Source: an uncultured Candidatus Nitrosopelagicus sp. (GTDB lineage: Archaea; Thermoproteota; Nitrososphaeria; Nitrososphaerales; Nitrosopumilaceae). Taken from it: a stretch of DNA of 64,000 nucleotides. Shown one piece after another: positions 37,846 to 47,592 of the stretch. The DNA is taken from positions 15,278 through 79,277 of the forward strand of contig CAYFOW010000001.1 in NCBI GenBank assembly GCA_964344885.1, read 5' to 3'. A program made the translations under genes and the position numbers. Position 1 is the stretch's first letter. The number at the start of each line of letters is the position of its first letter. Under the pieces are notes generated by a model that worked only from the letters and a program-made list of their open reading frames with translations, was not told the origin of the DNA and did no database searches.

Positions 37846-38661
37846 TTGAAATTAACAAATGTTGCAATAGTCAGCAAATTTGGATCAGATGAATCAGAGA
37901 AAGCAGCAAGAAAGATTGCAAAAAAATTGATTGTAAGAAAATCCAATGTCTTTACTATTTCACCAGTTAAAGTAGAAAAGGCCGAATCAGTTGAATCATT
38001 AGATATTTTGAAAAAAAAGAAACTTAACTTGATTATTACACTTGGAGGAGACGGTACAACATTACGTGCATTTAGGGCATTGGCAAATGATACACCCCTT
38101 TTAACAATCAATGTGGGAGGAAACAGAGGAATCCTTTCGGAAATAACACTAGAAGAGATTGATTCAGCATTTGATCAAATTCAAAAAGATCAGATTTGGT
38201 TAGATAAGAGAACTCGGGTAGTTGCATCACTAAATGGTGTAGAATTTGCAAGTGCACTAAATGAAATTTATGTAGATAGAAAGAATTTGACCAAAACTGC
38301 ATCATATGAGATAAAATTTCAAAATGACACAGTAAAACAGAAAATGGATGGCGTGATAATTTCTACACCAAGTGGTTCAACAGGTCATTCATTTTCATTG
38401 GGTGGGCCAATTCTTCATGAGAGTTTAGATGTACTAATCATTACACCAGTTGCACCTGTACATAGATTACCATCATTGGTAGTACCAGATGAAAAAATAG
38501 AAATTATTTCAAGTCATGATTGCGATATTGTGATGGATGCACAAGTAATAAAATCAGCTGGATTTGGGGAATCCATCGTAATAAAAAAATACAAAAAGCC
38601 AGCAGTTTTTGTTAGATTAAAAAAACGTGGTCTAAGACAAATGAATAAGCTTGGATTTTAA
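37846..38661 (+). CDS. NAD(+) kinase
   Basis: LGGDGT, ALNE, DGVIISTPSGSTGHSFSLGGP. Confidence 0.95.
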   Translation: MKLTNVAIVSKFGSDESEKAARKIAKKLIVRKSNVFTISPVKVEKAESVESLDILKKKKLNLIITLGGDGTTLRAFRALANDTPLLTINVGGNRGILSEITLEEIDSAFDQIQKDQIWLDKRTRVVASLNGVEFASALNEIYVDRKNLTKTASYEIKFQNDTVKQKMDGVIISTPSGSTGHSFSLGGPILHESLDVLIITPVAPVHRLPSLVVPDEKIEIISSHDCDIVMDAQVIKSAGFGESIVIKKYKKPAVFVRLKKRGLRQMNKLGF

Positions 38662-39133
38662 AATATTAGATGCAAGTGCATTTTATGCAGGAATTCCCTT
38701 TAGGACACAAGAAAAATTTTACACTACATTTCAAGTCTTCAATGAGATAAAGCACATAAAAAAAGAACATGGTGCATTACAGGTATTAATTGATACAGAC
38801 AGATTAGTCATCAAAGAACCTGAAAAAAAAAATATTCAGAAAGTAACAGAGATTGCAAAACAAACTGGAGATTTTAATCAATTATCAAATGAAGATATTT
38901 CAATTATCGCATTAACTCTTGAGATGAAAGGACAAATCATTTCAGACGATTTTGCAGTATTAAATGTGTCAAAACAAATTGGATTACAAGTAGATTCAGT
39001 TATGACTGCTGGAATCAAAAAAGTTGGGAAATGGGTTAGTTATTGTCCTGCATGTAAAAAGCGATTTTCAAATCAAAAGGAATGTCTGTTGTGTGGAAAT
39101 GTTTTGAGAAGGAATTTAGAAAAAAACAACTAG
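38651..39133 (+). CDS. Nob1-like PIN endoribonuclease with Zn ribbon
   Basis: ILDASAF, LS.EDI..IAL, SDDF, CPAC...CLLCG. Confidence 0.88.
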   Translation: MDFKILDASAFYAGIPFRTQEKFYTTFQVFNEIKHIKKEHGALQVLIDTDRLVIKEPEKKNIQKVTEIAKQTGDFNQLSNEDISIIALTLEMKGQIISDDFAVLNVSKQIGLQVDSVMTAGIKKVGKWVSYCPACKKRFSNQKECLLCGNVLRRNLEKNN

Positions 39134-39147
39134 AGTGATTTTAATTT

Positions 39148-39834
39148 TTATGAATCGTGAAGTGTTTTTTGAGAAGATGATTTTGAGTGCTTACTTTTTT
39201 TGGTAAGCATTAATTTGATCTTTTTTGCTCTTTTCTCTCCTAAACCTTCAATTTTTGCCAATTCAGTCGAAGATGCTGCAAGTACATTTAGCGGTGTTCC
39301 AAATTTTTCAAGCATTCGAATAGCTAGTTTTTCACCAACTCCAGGAAGACTGCATAAAATTGTGAGTTGTTGTTTTTGAGAATCGTTAGATTTTTTTATT
39401 TTTTTCAAGAACGGACCTTTTGTTGCATCCTTTCTAGAACACATTGAAATTAACAATTTTGCAGTGTGAGATGCACTAGGTGTAGGGATTACAGGGATTT
39501 TAAAATCAAGCACAACAGATGAAACTGCACCATAAAAAACAATGGGATTCTCAGTAATTTGTTCAATTTCATCTACGTCACCCTCCATTAGAATTATCGG
39601 GAATTGAAAATTTTCTTTTAATCTGTTGCATTGATCAAATAGTCTCCCATCAAAAATAGAAGACATTAGATCAGAGATGCTTTTTCTTTCAACAACTGTT
39701 TCAGGTGCAACAATGTAATCCCCAACAGGCAGTGTTTTGACTTCAGCATTTACTCCAATTGATTTTAATAAATCAGGAATTCCGCTTTTTCGTTCACGTT
39801 CATCTACAATAATTCGTAGTTCAGACAGATTCAC
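39148..39834 (-). CDS. ERCC4/XPF nuclease (short form)
   Basis: VDERE, GDY, ERKS..D, HhH motifs LPGVGEKLA and IEGLGEKRA. Confidence 0.92.
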   Translation of the reverse strand: MNLSELRIIVDERERKSGIPDLLKSIGVNAEVKTLPVGDYIVAPETVVERKSISDLMSSIFDGRLFDQCNRLKENFQFPIILMEGDVDEIEQITENPIVFYGAVSSVVLDFKIPVIPTPSASHTAKLLISMCSRKDATKGPFLKKIKKSNDSQKQQLTILCSLPGVGEKLAIRMLEKFGTPLNVLAASSTELAKIEGLGEKRAKKIKLMLTKKSKHSKSSSQKTLHDS

Positions 39835-39876
39835 AATATCGTATGAAATGATTTGTTAATATCTTATTTGGAGGAG

Positions 39877-40257
39877 TTAAGGATTCGATGGTGGTGGAGA
39901 AGCACCAGAAGGATTTTTCATTAATTCCTGAATTTTTGCTTCTTGTTCTTTGAGGCTTTGTTTTAATCGTTCCTCTTGTTTTTCGATTACAGTCATACTT
40001 GTTTTTCCCAATTCTATTTTTTCTTCTAATTCAGAGATTAGATTAGTTTTTGTGGATTTTATCAGAATTGAGCCTGCATGTTTGAAGACAGGCGTATCAT
40101 CTGTTGCTTTTTTTAATTCATCAAATGCTTTTTCAGTTTCTAATTTTTCTAATTCTAATTGTTGTTTTTGTGCAAGGATAGATTGTAAATTTTGTTGAGT
40201 TTGCTGAAGTTTAGATAATTGTTCTTGTAACCATGGTGGCATTTGTCCAGATGACAT
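39877..40257 (-). CDS. pfdB: Prefoldin beta subunit
   Basis: Q-rich coiled coil, VFKHAGSILIK. Confidence 0.9.
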   Translation of the reverse strand: MSSGQMPPWLQEQLSKLQQTQQNLQSILAQKQQLELEKLETEKAFDELKKATDDTPVFKHAGSILIKSTKTNLISELEEKIELGKTSMTVIEKQEERLKQSLKEQEAKIQELMKNPSGASPPPSNP

Positions 40258-40279
40258 ACCAAACAGAACTGAGTATTCG

Positions 40280-40525
40280 TTATATATTTACTGATTCAAT
40301 TGAATCATAGCTTGCTTGCACTAATCGAATACAAGAATTAAGATTAGCTCGTAAATGTGGAAGATGATTTGCAGTAATACGGATTGTTATAATTTCATCC
40401 AAAGTAATAGTGGTCTTTGCAGGATTTTCAGGATAATATTGATTATCAGTGTTTAGTGAATCAAAAATTGCTTTAGTTTTTTCTTTAGCGTTAATTTGAA
40501 TTACTGCACTATAATTTGATGTCAT
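40280..40525 (-). CDS. pcc1: KEOPS complex subunit Pcc1
   Basis: I.A......LRA.LNS.IRL; conserved position after rpl37ae; ATG at 40525 preferred. Confidence 0.78.
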   Translation of the reverse strand: MTSNYSAVIQINAKEKTKAIFDSLNTDNQYYPENPAKTTITLDEIITIRITANHLPHLRANLNSCIRLVQASYDSIESVNI

Positions 40526-40721
40526 AAGCAGTTCCAGCCACTTTGAATTCACATTTCTTGCATACCCATATTCCTATTACTTCACGTCCAAATTGTTGAG
40601 AACCACATTCAGGACATTTACGTTTTGACTTTAGTGTTTTGTGAACTTGGCTGTATTTTTTTCTAATCTTAATTCCATATCTTGCACCTAGACCTTTTAG
40701 AGTAGTTTTCTTTTTTGCCAT
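40509..40721 (-). CDS. rpl37ae: 50S ribosomal protein L37Ae/eL43
   Basis: GARYG..IRK, CPECG, GIWVCKKC. Confidence 0.95.
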   Translation of the reverse strand: MAKKKTTLKGLGARYGIKIRKKYSQVHKTLKSKRKCPECGSQQFGREVIGIWVCKKCEFKVAGTAYDIKL

Positions 40722-40722
40722 A

Positions 40723-41538
40723 TCATTGACCTCCTACAGATTGTTTTATAATTTCTCTGATCTTACTGCCTACAGAAATTGCAGTTTCAGAGCATTGAAT
40801 TAATTGTTCCAGAGTAAAACCATCACTACCACCTTTTTGTAATGCTACTACATTTCCATCAGAATTTGTTGCAATAGTAATTCGTGCATCAAGGCAATCC
40901 CATTCATCAAGATTTGGATCAACTATGATATGCTCACCAATTCGTCCCATCGTGACAGATACCGGAATTGTAGTAATAGGAGCAGGGTTTTCTTGACCTT
41001 CAACTAGAGTAGGAACATCATCTTGCATCTCCCATTGTGGGACTTTACAGGACATAACTGCAGCAACAGAAGCATATGAGCATGCATCAAATAGATTTCC
41101 ATCATGATCAGTTACAACACTGTCTGCAAAAACGCCTACAACTGATGCATCTTTTTTGATAACTAATTGAGATAAATCAATCATGTGACTTTCACGAATA
41201 CCTCGATCAACTACTCGAGCCAATTCAACTACATCAGGAGTTGGGGGACCGGTTTCAGCAGAAGGATGTGCTAAAGGTAAAATTTCTGCAGTGCAAATGA
41301 AGATTCCTTTATCGCCCATGTCAGGAAATGGTCTATCTGGTTGGATTTTTATACCACATACGATTTCAGTATCTCCTAATCGTGCACGAGCAGAGCCATT
41401 TGCATGAGGAATCACATCAATTTCAATATTAATTGGTCTTGGTTCATCTAATGCACGTCCATCTAATCGTTTACCGTCTTTGAGTAATTCAAGAATTTTA
41501 TTTCGTTTTAGTTTGTCAATGATTGCATGATCAGTCAT
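40723..41538 (-). CDS. rrp42: Exosome subunit Rrp42
   Basis: GKRLDGR, ELARVVDRGIRES, DHDGNLFDA. Confidence 0.96.
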   Translation of the reverse strand: MTDHAIIDKLKRNKILELLKDGKRLDGRALDEPRPINIEIDVIPHANGSARARLGDTEIVCGIKIQPDRPFPDMGDKGIFICTAEILPLAHPSAETGPPTPDVVELARVVDRGIRESHMIDLSQLVIKKDASVVGVFADSVVTDHDGNLFDACSYASVAAVMSCKVPQWEMQDDVPTLVEGQENPAPITTIPVSVTMGRIGEHIIVDPNLDEWDCLDARITIATNSDGNVVALQKGGSDGFTLEQLIQCSETAISVGSKIREIIKQSVGGQ

Positions 41539-42272
41539 TATTCATCGCCCTCAGAAAAGTATTTTTCGCGTAATGCTTTTTTCTGTATTTCATAAACTTG
41601 TTTACAACCATCAATTCCAATTTCAATACATTTCTTAAATTCATCAGGTGTCAATACGCCATCAAGTTGGAGTAAGGTTATCTTGCCGAGATTTGGCATG
41701 TATCCAATTGGTAAATCAGCTTGACCTGCTTGGTCTTCTTCATTATTTACATCAAGAATCAATGTATCAGCTGCTTTTCCTGCTGCACATGCACATACCA
41801 TATCACGCATAGGAATTCCAGCATCGGCTAAAGCAACAGATGCTGCATCTAATGCAGCACAACGAGTTCCACCATCTGCTTGTAATATTTCTAAAAATAC
41901 ATCTACAACAGTTCTAGGGAATTTTTCAAGCATTACAGCTGGCTCTAATGCTTCTTTTACTACTTTACTAATTTCAACTTCACGTCTTGAAGGTGCAGGA
42001 TTTTTTCTTTCACCAACAGAGAATGGTTCCATATGATAACGAACTCTGAGAATACCAGTGTCGGTATTTGCCAAGTGTTTTGGATGTACATCACGAGGTC
42101 CAAATACACCTGCTAAAATTTTATTTCCGCCAAATTCAATATATGCAGAACCATCTGCGTTTTTTAAAACACCGGCTTTAATTGTAACTTTACGAGTTTC
42201 ATTGACTTTACGACCATCACAACGTATACCGTTTTCATCCAGTAATACCATATCTGTATCTCTTCCGCCCAT
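41538..42272 (-). CDS. rrp41: Exosome subunit Rrp41
   Basis: GIRCDGR, NADGSAY, PSRREVEISK, QADGGTR. Confidence 0.97.
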   Translation of the reverse strand: MGGRDTDMVLLDENGIRCDGRKVNETRKVTIKAGVLKNADGSAYIEFGGNKILAGVFGPRDVHPKHLANTDTGILRVRYHMEPFSVGERKNPAPSRREVEISKVVKEALEPAVMLEKFPRTVVDVFLEILQADGGTRCAALDAASVALADAGIPMRDMVCACAAGKAADTLILDVNNEEDQAGQADLPIGYMPNLGKITLLQLDGVLTPDEFKKCIEIGIDGCKQVYEIQKKALREKYFSEGDE

Positions 42273-42274
42273 TT

Positions 42275-42955
42275 TTATTCATCCTTTGATTCTAACATTT
42301 GTTTCACTTGTTCAGTAAGATCCGCAACATGTGCGAAATCATCAACCATTTGAATTGCCGAAATTGCCTTTAATAACCCATTTGATTCATCACATGAGAC
42401 AACGACCCAACCATTTTGTCCAATAGTAATTGATGCATTAGTTGCTTGTTCAATTAATTGAATCATGGACCCACGTTTTCCAATCAATCTAGGAACCTTA
42501 GCTGGAGATATTTTTACCAATTCGCCAGAGTCAATTTTACCTAAATTATTATCAGTAATAGAGATTAATGGTTCACGAGTTCTATCGGCATTAACAATTT
42601 TGGCTAAAATTAAATCGCCGTTATCCAATCTTGATTTCATTTCTTGTTTTGAAGGGTAAGAGCCTTTACCAAATACATCAACTGCCAAAAGCATTCCATC
42701 ATAACAGGAATTAATATCAGCAAACCAAGAGCTTCCCCCACAGGAGATAATTTTACCTACAACAAGATCATCAGGACGAGGCATATACACACCAGATAAA
42801 GGAATTACCCTAACACTGTCACGTTGAATTTCAGATAGGCCAATCGTAGTTGAGATAATTCTCTTACCATCTAAAACTACATTTTGGTCCGGGCGTAATG
42901 GGGCAGTAGTAATTACATCGCCTGGTAATACGTATCGTTTTTTTGAATCATACAT
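42275..42955 (-). CDS. rrp4: Exosome RNA-binding cap protein Rrp4
   Basis: VLPGD, Y.P..DDLVVG, KH motif KVPRLIGKRGSM; ATG at 42955 preferred. Confidence 0.93.
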   Translation of the reverse strand: MYDSKKRYVLPGDVITTAPLRPDQNVVLDGKRIISTTIGLSEIQRDSVRVIPLSGVYMPRPDDLVVGKIISCGGSSWFADINSCYDGMLLAVDVFGKGSYPSKQEMKSRLDNGDLILAKIVNADRTREPLISITDNNLGKIDSGELVKISPAKVPRLIGKRGSMIQLIEQATNASITIGQNGWVVVSCDESNGLLKAISAIQMVDDFAHVADLTEQVKQMLESKDE

Positions 42956-42956
42956 T

Positions 42957-43628
42957 TTAGTTTGCACCCATAAAATCACGAATACGTTTTGGTAAATCCG
43001 AATGATGTGACCTAATCTCAATTAGATTAGAAATTTCAGAGATTTTTTTAAAATCAGATTCATTCTCGCATTGAACAAGTAATACACCGTTTTGACCCAC
43101 AGTAATAGTAGAGTTTGTGTTTTGCATTATATCAGAAAGAATTGAATCATCATTTTTAAGAAGATTAGTGATTTTGCTAATTGATACTTTGATTAGTTGT
43201 CCGGATTCATTTTTTCCCAATTCAGAATCACCCTGAACAGTTAGAATTGGATCACGACTTTCGTTTGCGTCAGCAATTCGAGCCAAAATTACATCGCCTG
43301 TAACAAATTTTGATGACATGTCATCTCTGGCAGCAGAATAATTTCGACCAAAAATATCAGTTGCAGGAAGTATTCCCATTCTATAAGAGTTAATGTCAAT
43401 TTCCCAAGACAGTGAGCTATGAGATATAACTTTACCTACAATCAGATCATCAGGTTGTGGAATGTAAAAACCAGTCAAGGGCATAACACTTACAGCATTA
43501 TCAATGACTTGAGAGATTCCAATTGTAGTTGAAAGAAAGTCATCTCCATTTTGAACAACATTTTGTTCAGCAATGAATTGACCAGAAGTAATTACATCGC
43601 CAGGAATAACATAATTATTTTGTGACAT
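42957..43628 (-). CDS. Rrp4 paralog with degenerate KH loop
   Basis: VIPGD, YIPQPDDLIVG, GDVILARI, ITVGQNG present; GxxG absent. Confidence 0.85.
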   Translation of the reverse strand: MSQNNYVIPGDVITSGQFIAEQNVVQNGDDFLSTTIGISQVIDNAVSVMPLTGFYIPQPDDLIVGKVISHSSLSWEIDINSYRMGILPATDIFGRNYSAARDDMSSKFVTGDVILARIADANESRDPILTVQGDSELGKNESGQLIKVSISKITNLLKNDDSILSDIMQNTNSTITVGQNGVLLVQCENESDFKKISEISNLIEIRSHHSDLPKRIRDFMGAN

Positions 43629-43630
43629 TT

Positions 43631-44320
43631 CTACTTGACAACCTCAACAAAAGCAGTGCCTTTAGTAACAGATCCTAATCGGTCAATCATATTTGGTCTG
43701 GCAGCTGCGGGTATTTCTAGTATTGCCTTAAGTGACCCATTTGTCTGCCAGTCTTCTTTTTTTAATGTTCCAGTAGATTTTAGCACAGTGTATGATTGTG
43801 CTACATATTGAGCAGGAATAGAAATTTCTAAAACTAAATTTTCAGACTTTAGTGGAATTATTGAACGTAGATTCTCTACAATTGGTTTTATTTGCTCATC
43901 AACGTTTTTGAATGGATCAATTGTCACTCGAGCATCAGTCATAGCTTGCTCGATTCTTAATGGAGGGTGTGGAAGGTGTGAACGTGGATCTACGTATGTT
44001 TTTGCAATAAAGGTGATGATTTGTTTTCTTTTTTCACTAGTCATTTTTCTTCGTTGTTCGGTAGTTAGATTCAGATCACCTTTTTGAAGCATTTTTTCTG
44101 CAATTAGAAGAGAATCTTCAGTTTTGAATGCCTTGAGTAATTTTTCAGAAGATGCACGAGTTCCTTTATTAGAATCAGAATAGATCTCCTCAGATATCAG
44201 AACAGATGAGATGTCTTTTTTCTTTCCAAGTTTGAAATCTAAGGCTGGATCAGGTTTTACAAGAATTTCAAACTTGTCGCCTTCAAACGAATAACGTACT
44301 ACAGTTACCTTATCAGTCAT
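43631..44320 (-). CDS. Ribosome maturation protein SBDS/Sdo1
   Basis: FEILV.P, VDPRSHLPHPPLRIEQAM. Confidence 0.95.
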   Translation of the reverse strand: MTDKVTVVRYSFEGDKFEILVKPDPALDFKLGKKKDISSVLISEEIYSDSNKGTRASSEKLLKAFKTEDSLLIAEKMLQKGDLNLTTEQRRKMTSEKRKQIITFIAKTYVDPRSHLPHPPLRIEQAMTDARVTIDPFKNVDEQIKPIVENLRSIIPLKSENLVLEISIPAQYVAQSYTVLKSTGTLKKEDWQTNGSLKAILEIPAAARPNMIDRLGSVTKGTAFVEVVK

Positions 44321-44406
44321 AATATTCAGATTAATTGGTTTGATATTTATCTATGGTTAAAATCTAGCTAGATTTTTATTTGGACTTTGGACTTTTTGAT
44401 TAAGAT

Positions 44407-45012
44407 TTGTCTTCTTTAGAAGTAATTAGTCAGAATGATAGAAAGATATCAATCAAGCTAAAGGGTGTAACATTACAATATGCTAATGCAATTAGACGAT
44501 TATGCCTAAATGGAGTGCCAATTTATGCAGTTGATACAGTAGACATCATAGAAAACTCATCAGTAATGCCTGATGAGGGACTCGCACACAGATTAGCAAT
44601 GATTCCATTAAAAACAGATGTTTCTAAAGTAGATGGGGCAGATTCTAGGGTAATGTTAGTTTTAGATTCAGGTGACATTGAACAAACAAAGACAATTACA
44701 TCTGAAGAATTACATTCTGAAGACGAGATAGTAAAACCTACATCAGATAAAATCCCGATTGTGCAACTTGCCCCTGATCAACGAGTAAAAGTTGAGGCAT
44801 ATGCAAGATTAGGCACAGGAAGAGAACATGCAAAGTGGAATTCAGCTAATGTTGCAACACTAACAGAAGGTGATTCAGATGATGAGAGAATTCTTACAGT
44901 AGAAAGTACAGGTTCACTTGAGCCATACAAGATAGTTTTATCCGCAGTTGAGCAATTATCTGAGAAATTAGACGAATACAAAGAAATCTTTACGAATTTA
45001 CAGGCACAGTAA
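44407..45012 (+). CDS. rpoD: RNA polymerase subunit D (Rpo3)
   Basis: YANAIRR, ENSSVMPDE.LAHRLAMIPL, GTGREHAKW. Confidence 0.95.
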   Translation: MSSLEVISQNDRKISIKLKGVTLQYANAIRRLCLNGVPIYAVDTVDIIENSSVMPDEGLAHRLAMIPLKTDVSKVDGADSRVMLVLDSGDIEQTKTITSEELHSEDEIVKPTSDKIPIVQLAPDQRVKVEAYARLGTGREHAKWNSANVATLTEGDSDDERILTVESTGSLEPYKIVLSAVEQLSEKLDEYKEIFTNLQAQ

Positions 45013-45047
45013 TCATACATATTATATTTGGGTTTGAAAGGCGATAC

Positions 45048-45398
45048 TTGTTGACTAATCAAGTTGTCTTACGACTCTCAAATGATTTAAGAAAGGCATC
45101 AAAGAAAAATGATGCACCAATTTGGGCAAGATTAGCAGATTTGGCAGTAAAACCAACAGTTGCAAGAAGAACAGTCAATCTAACAAAGATCGATCAAGTT
45201 ACAAAAGATAACGATACTATCATCGTTCCAGGTAAAGTTTTGGGAACTGGAAACCTTAGTCACAAAGTAACTATAGCATCATTTTCAGTATCAGATACTG
45301 CTGCAAAAAAAGTAATAGAATCAGGTAGTAGTTTAATGAAGATTTCAGAATTAGTAGAGAAATTTCCAACCGGTAAAGGAGTTACAATAATTGGCTGA
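45048..45398 (+). CDS. rpl18e: 50S ribosomal protein L18e
   Basis: VNLTKI, IVPGKVLGTG. Confidence 0.95.
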   Translation: MLTNQVVLRLSNDLRKASKKNDAPIWARLADLAVKPTVARRTVNLTKIDQVTKDNDTIIVPGKVLGTGNLSHKVTIASFSVSDTAAKKVIESGSSLMKISELVEKFPTGKGVTIIG

Positions 45399-45852
45399 AC
45401 AAAAAGATAACTCATCAGGAGGAGCACCAATCGTAGTTGATGGAACAGATCATATTGCTGGGAGATTAAGTGCAAACGTTGCAAAATTACTTCTAAAGGG
45501 AAATCGTGTCTCCATAATTAATGCTGAAAAAATTATGATCAGCGGGAGTAGAAGCAATATCATTAGTGAGTATAGAGACTTTTTAGAAATTTCAAGTATT
45601 TTGCATCCAAAACATGGACCATTTCATCCAAGAAGACCAGATACAATCATCAGTAGAATGATTAGAGGAATGTTACCAAAAGACAAGCCATCAGGAAAAG
45701 CTGCATTACAACGTTTAAGAGCATACATTGGTGTTCCAAAAGAATTACGTTCATTTGAGAAAATACAATTTGAAAAAGCAACAATTAGAAAGTCTAGTGC
45801 AAATTATACAACAATGGCAGAGTTAGGTCGTACAATAGGGTGGACTGAATGA
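45391..45852 (+). CDS. rpl13: 50S ribosomal protein L13
   Basis: GRLSANVAK, GPFHPRRPD, RGMLP. Confidence 0.95.
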   Translation: MAEQKDNSSGGAPIVVDGTDHIAGRLSANVAKLLLKGNRVSIINAEKIMISGSRSNIISEYRDFLEISSILHPKHGPFHPRRPDTIISRMIRGMLPKDKPSGKAALQRLRAYIGVPKELRSFEKIQFEKATIRKSSANYTTMAELGRTIGWTE

Positions 45853-46298
45853 CGACGACAAAAACAGAAATCTATTTTGCAACAAGAAAAACAGCTAGTG
45901 CACACGTGTACATTACAAAAGGTGTAGGTAAAGTAAGAATAAACAATGTTCCAGTAGAGATGATTCAACAAGAGTTAGCACGTGAAGTTATTTTAACACC
46001 ACTTGAGATTTCAAGCGATGTAAGAGATAAGGTTAACATATCTGTAAGAGTTAAAGGCGGAGGATTTATGGGACAAGCTTATGCCACTGCAACTGCAATT
46101 TCTAGAGCATTAAGTGGTTGGACAAAATCAAGAAAGGAACCAAAGGATCATCCACTTCCAAAATCTACTCGTCATGAATTACAAAAACGAATTGATTCAT
46201 TTGACAAATATCTCATCAGTGGAGATGCCAGACGAAAGGAACCAAAGAAGTTTGGCGGACCTGGTGCAAGAAGAAGAAAACAAAAATCATACCGTTAG
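45849..46298 (+). CDS. rps9: 30S ribosomal protein S9
   Basis: RKTASA, GGGFMGQA, DARRKEPKKFGGPGARRRKQKSYR. Confidence 0.97.
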   Translation: MTTTKTEIYFATRKTASAHVYITKGVGKVRINNVPVEMIQQELAREVILTPLEISSDVRDKVNISVRVKGGGFMGQAYATATAISRALSGWTKSRKEPKDHPLPKSTRHELQKRIDSFDKYLISGDARRKEPKKFGGPGARRRKQKSYR

Positions 46299-46301
46299 AA
46301 T

Positions 46302-47030
46302 TTGAAAGCTGTTATTTTAGCAGGCGGAAAAGGTACTAGAGGAAAACCATATACAGATTATTTCCCAAAAGCAATGATTCCTGTAAACGGAAAACCGTTA
46401 ATTCACCATGTAATTGATTATTTACTTTCATTTGATATCATTGCAGATGTAATAATCATTTCAGATTTTAGAGGAATTGGAGGTCAGATTAAAAACTATT
46501 TTAAAGATAGTAGTTACAAGAACAAAATCAAATATGTACAAGATGCTCAATGTGGCACAGCGGGGGATTTAATACATATTCAGAAATTATTACAAAAAAA
46601 TAGAGAATTTGTGTTATGGTTTGTCGATAATTTATGTGCAGTAAATTTAGATGATATGAGAAAGCAATTTGTTGAAAAAGATAGTTTAGCGTGTATCGCA
46701 ACAAGAAGTAAGAGAAAAGAGGAAACAGGATTTGCAGTCATAGAAAATGGGATAATTAATGAATTTAAGGAAAAACCAATCATCAAAATGCAAATGTCAG
46801 AATGTTTAGGCGTGTATATGTTAGATGCCAAGATTCTAAAAATAATTAATTCAAAATTACCCAAGAAAAATTTGAATTTATCATTTGATGTGTTACAAGA
46901 ATTATCAAAGATTGGAAGAGTCAGTTCATATGATATTGGAAATAAATCATGGCTAGATGTAGAATCACCGATTGTTTTGGAAAGAAATGAATCAGTTTTG
47001 AGAAAAATCATCAAAGAGATGAAACATTAG
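46302..47030 (+). CDS. Sugar-phosphate nucleotidyltransferase
   Basis: LAGGKGTR..P.T...PKAMIPV, EKP. Confidence 0.88.
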   Translation: MKAVILAGGKGTRGKPYTDYFPKAMIPVNGKPLIHHVIDYLLSFDIIADVIIISDFRGIGGQIKNYFKDSSYKNKIKYVQDAQCGTAGDLIHIQKLLQKNREFVLWFVDNLCAVNLDDMRKQFVEKDSLACIATRSKRKEETGFAVIENGIINEFKEKPIIKMQMSECLGVYMLDAKILKIINSKLPKKNLNLSFDVLQELSKIGRVSSYDIGNKSWLDVESPIVLERNESVLRKIIKEMKH

Positions 47031-47592
47031 ATTTTTCCTCATATTGTGAAATATCAGACTCGTGTTGTAAAGTAAGTCCAATTTCATCCAGACCTTCCAG
47101 CAAATTATTTTTTCTGTGAGAAGATATGTCAAAATGAAATTGATCCGTATTAGTAGAGATTGTTTGGCTTTCAAGATCAATTTCAACAGGTGATGTAATA
47201 TTCATCAGTTTTTCAATAATTTTTTGAGGTAATTCAATTGGAAGAACTCCATTTTTAAAACAATTATTATAAAAGATATCAGCAAAAGATGGTGCTAAAA
47301 TAATTTTAAAACCATAGTCATTTAGAGCCCATACAGCATGTTCACGTGATGAACCACAACCAAAATTTTCTTGTGCAACAAGAATTTCTGAATTTTTGTA
47401 ATCAGATTTATTTAAGATGAAATTATCATTTGGTTTCCCTTCATCATCAAATCGCCAATTATAAAATAAGAATTTTCCAAAACCAGATTTTGTGATAAGT
47501 TTTAGAAATTGTTTAGGAATTATTTGATCAGTATCAACATTTGCCTTATCAAGAGGAGTGATAACGCTAGTAACAGTTTGGAAAGGCTTCAT
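47011..47592 (-). CDS. leuD: 3-isopropylmalate dehydratase small subunit, bacterial type
   Basis: [34 protein letters not shown]. Confidence 0.93.
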   Translation of the reverse strand: MKPFQTVTSVITPLDKANVDTDQIIPKQFLKLITKSGFGKFLFYNWRFDDEGKPNDNFILNKSDYKNSEILVAQENFGCGSSREHAVWALNDYGFKIILAPSFADIFYNNCFKNGVLPIELPQKIIEKLMNITSPVEIDLESQTISTNTDQFHFDISSHRKNNLLEGLDEIGLTLQHESDISQYEEKSNVSSL

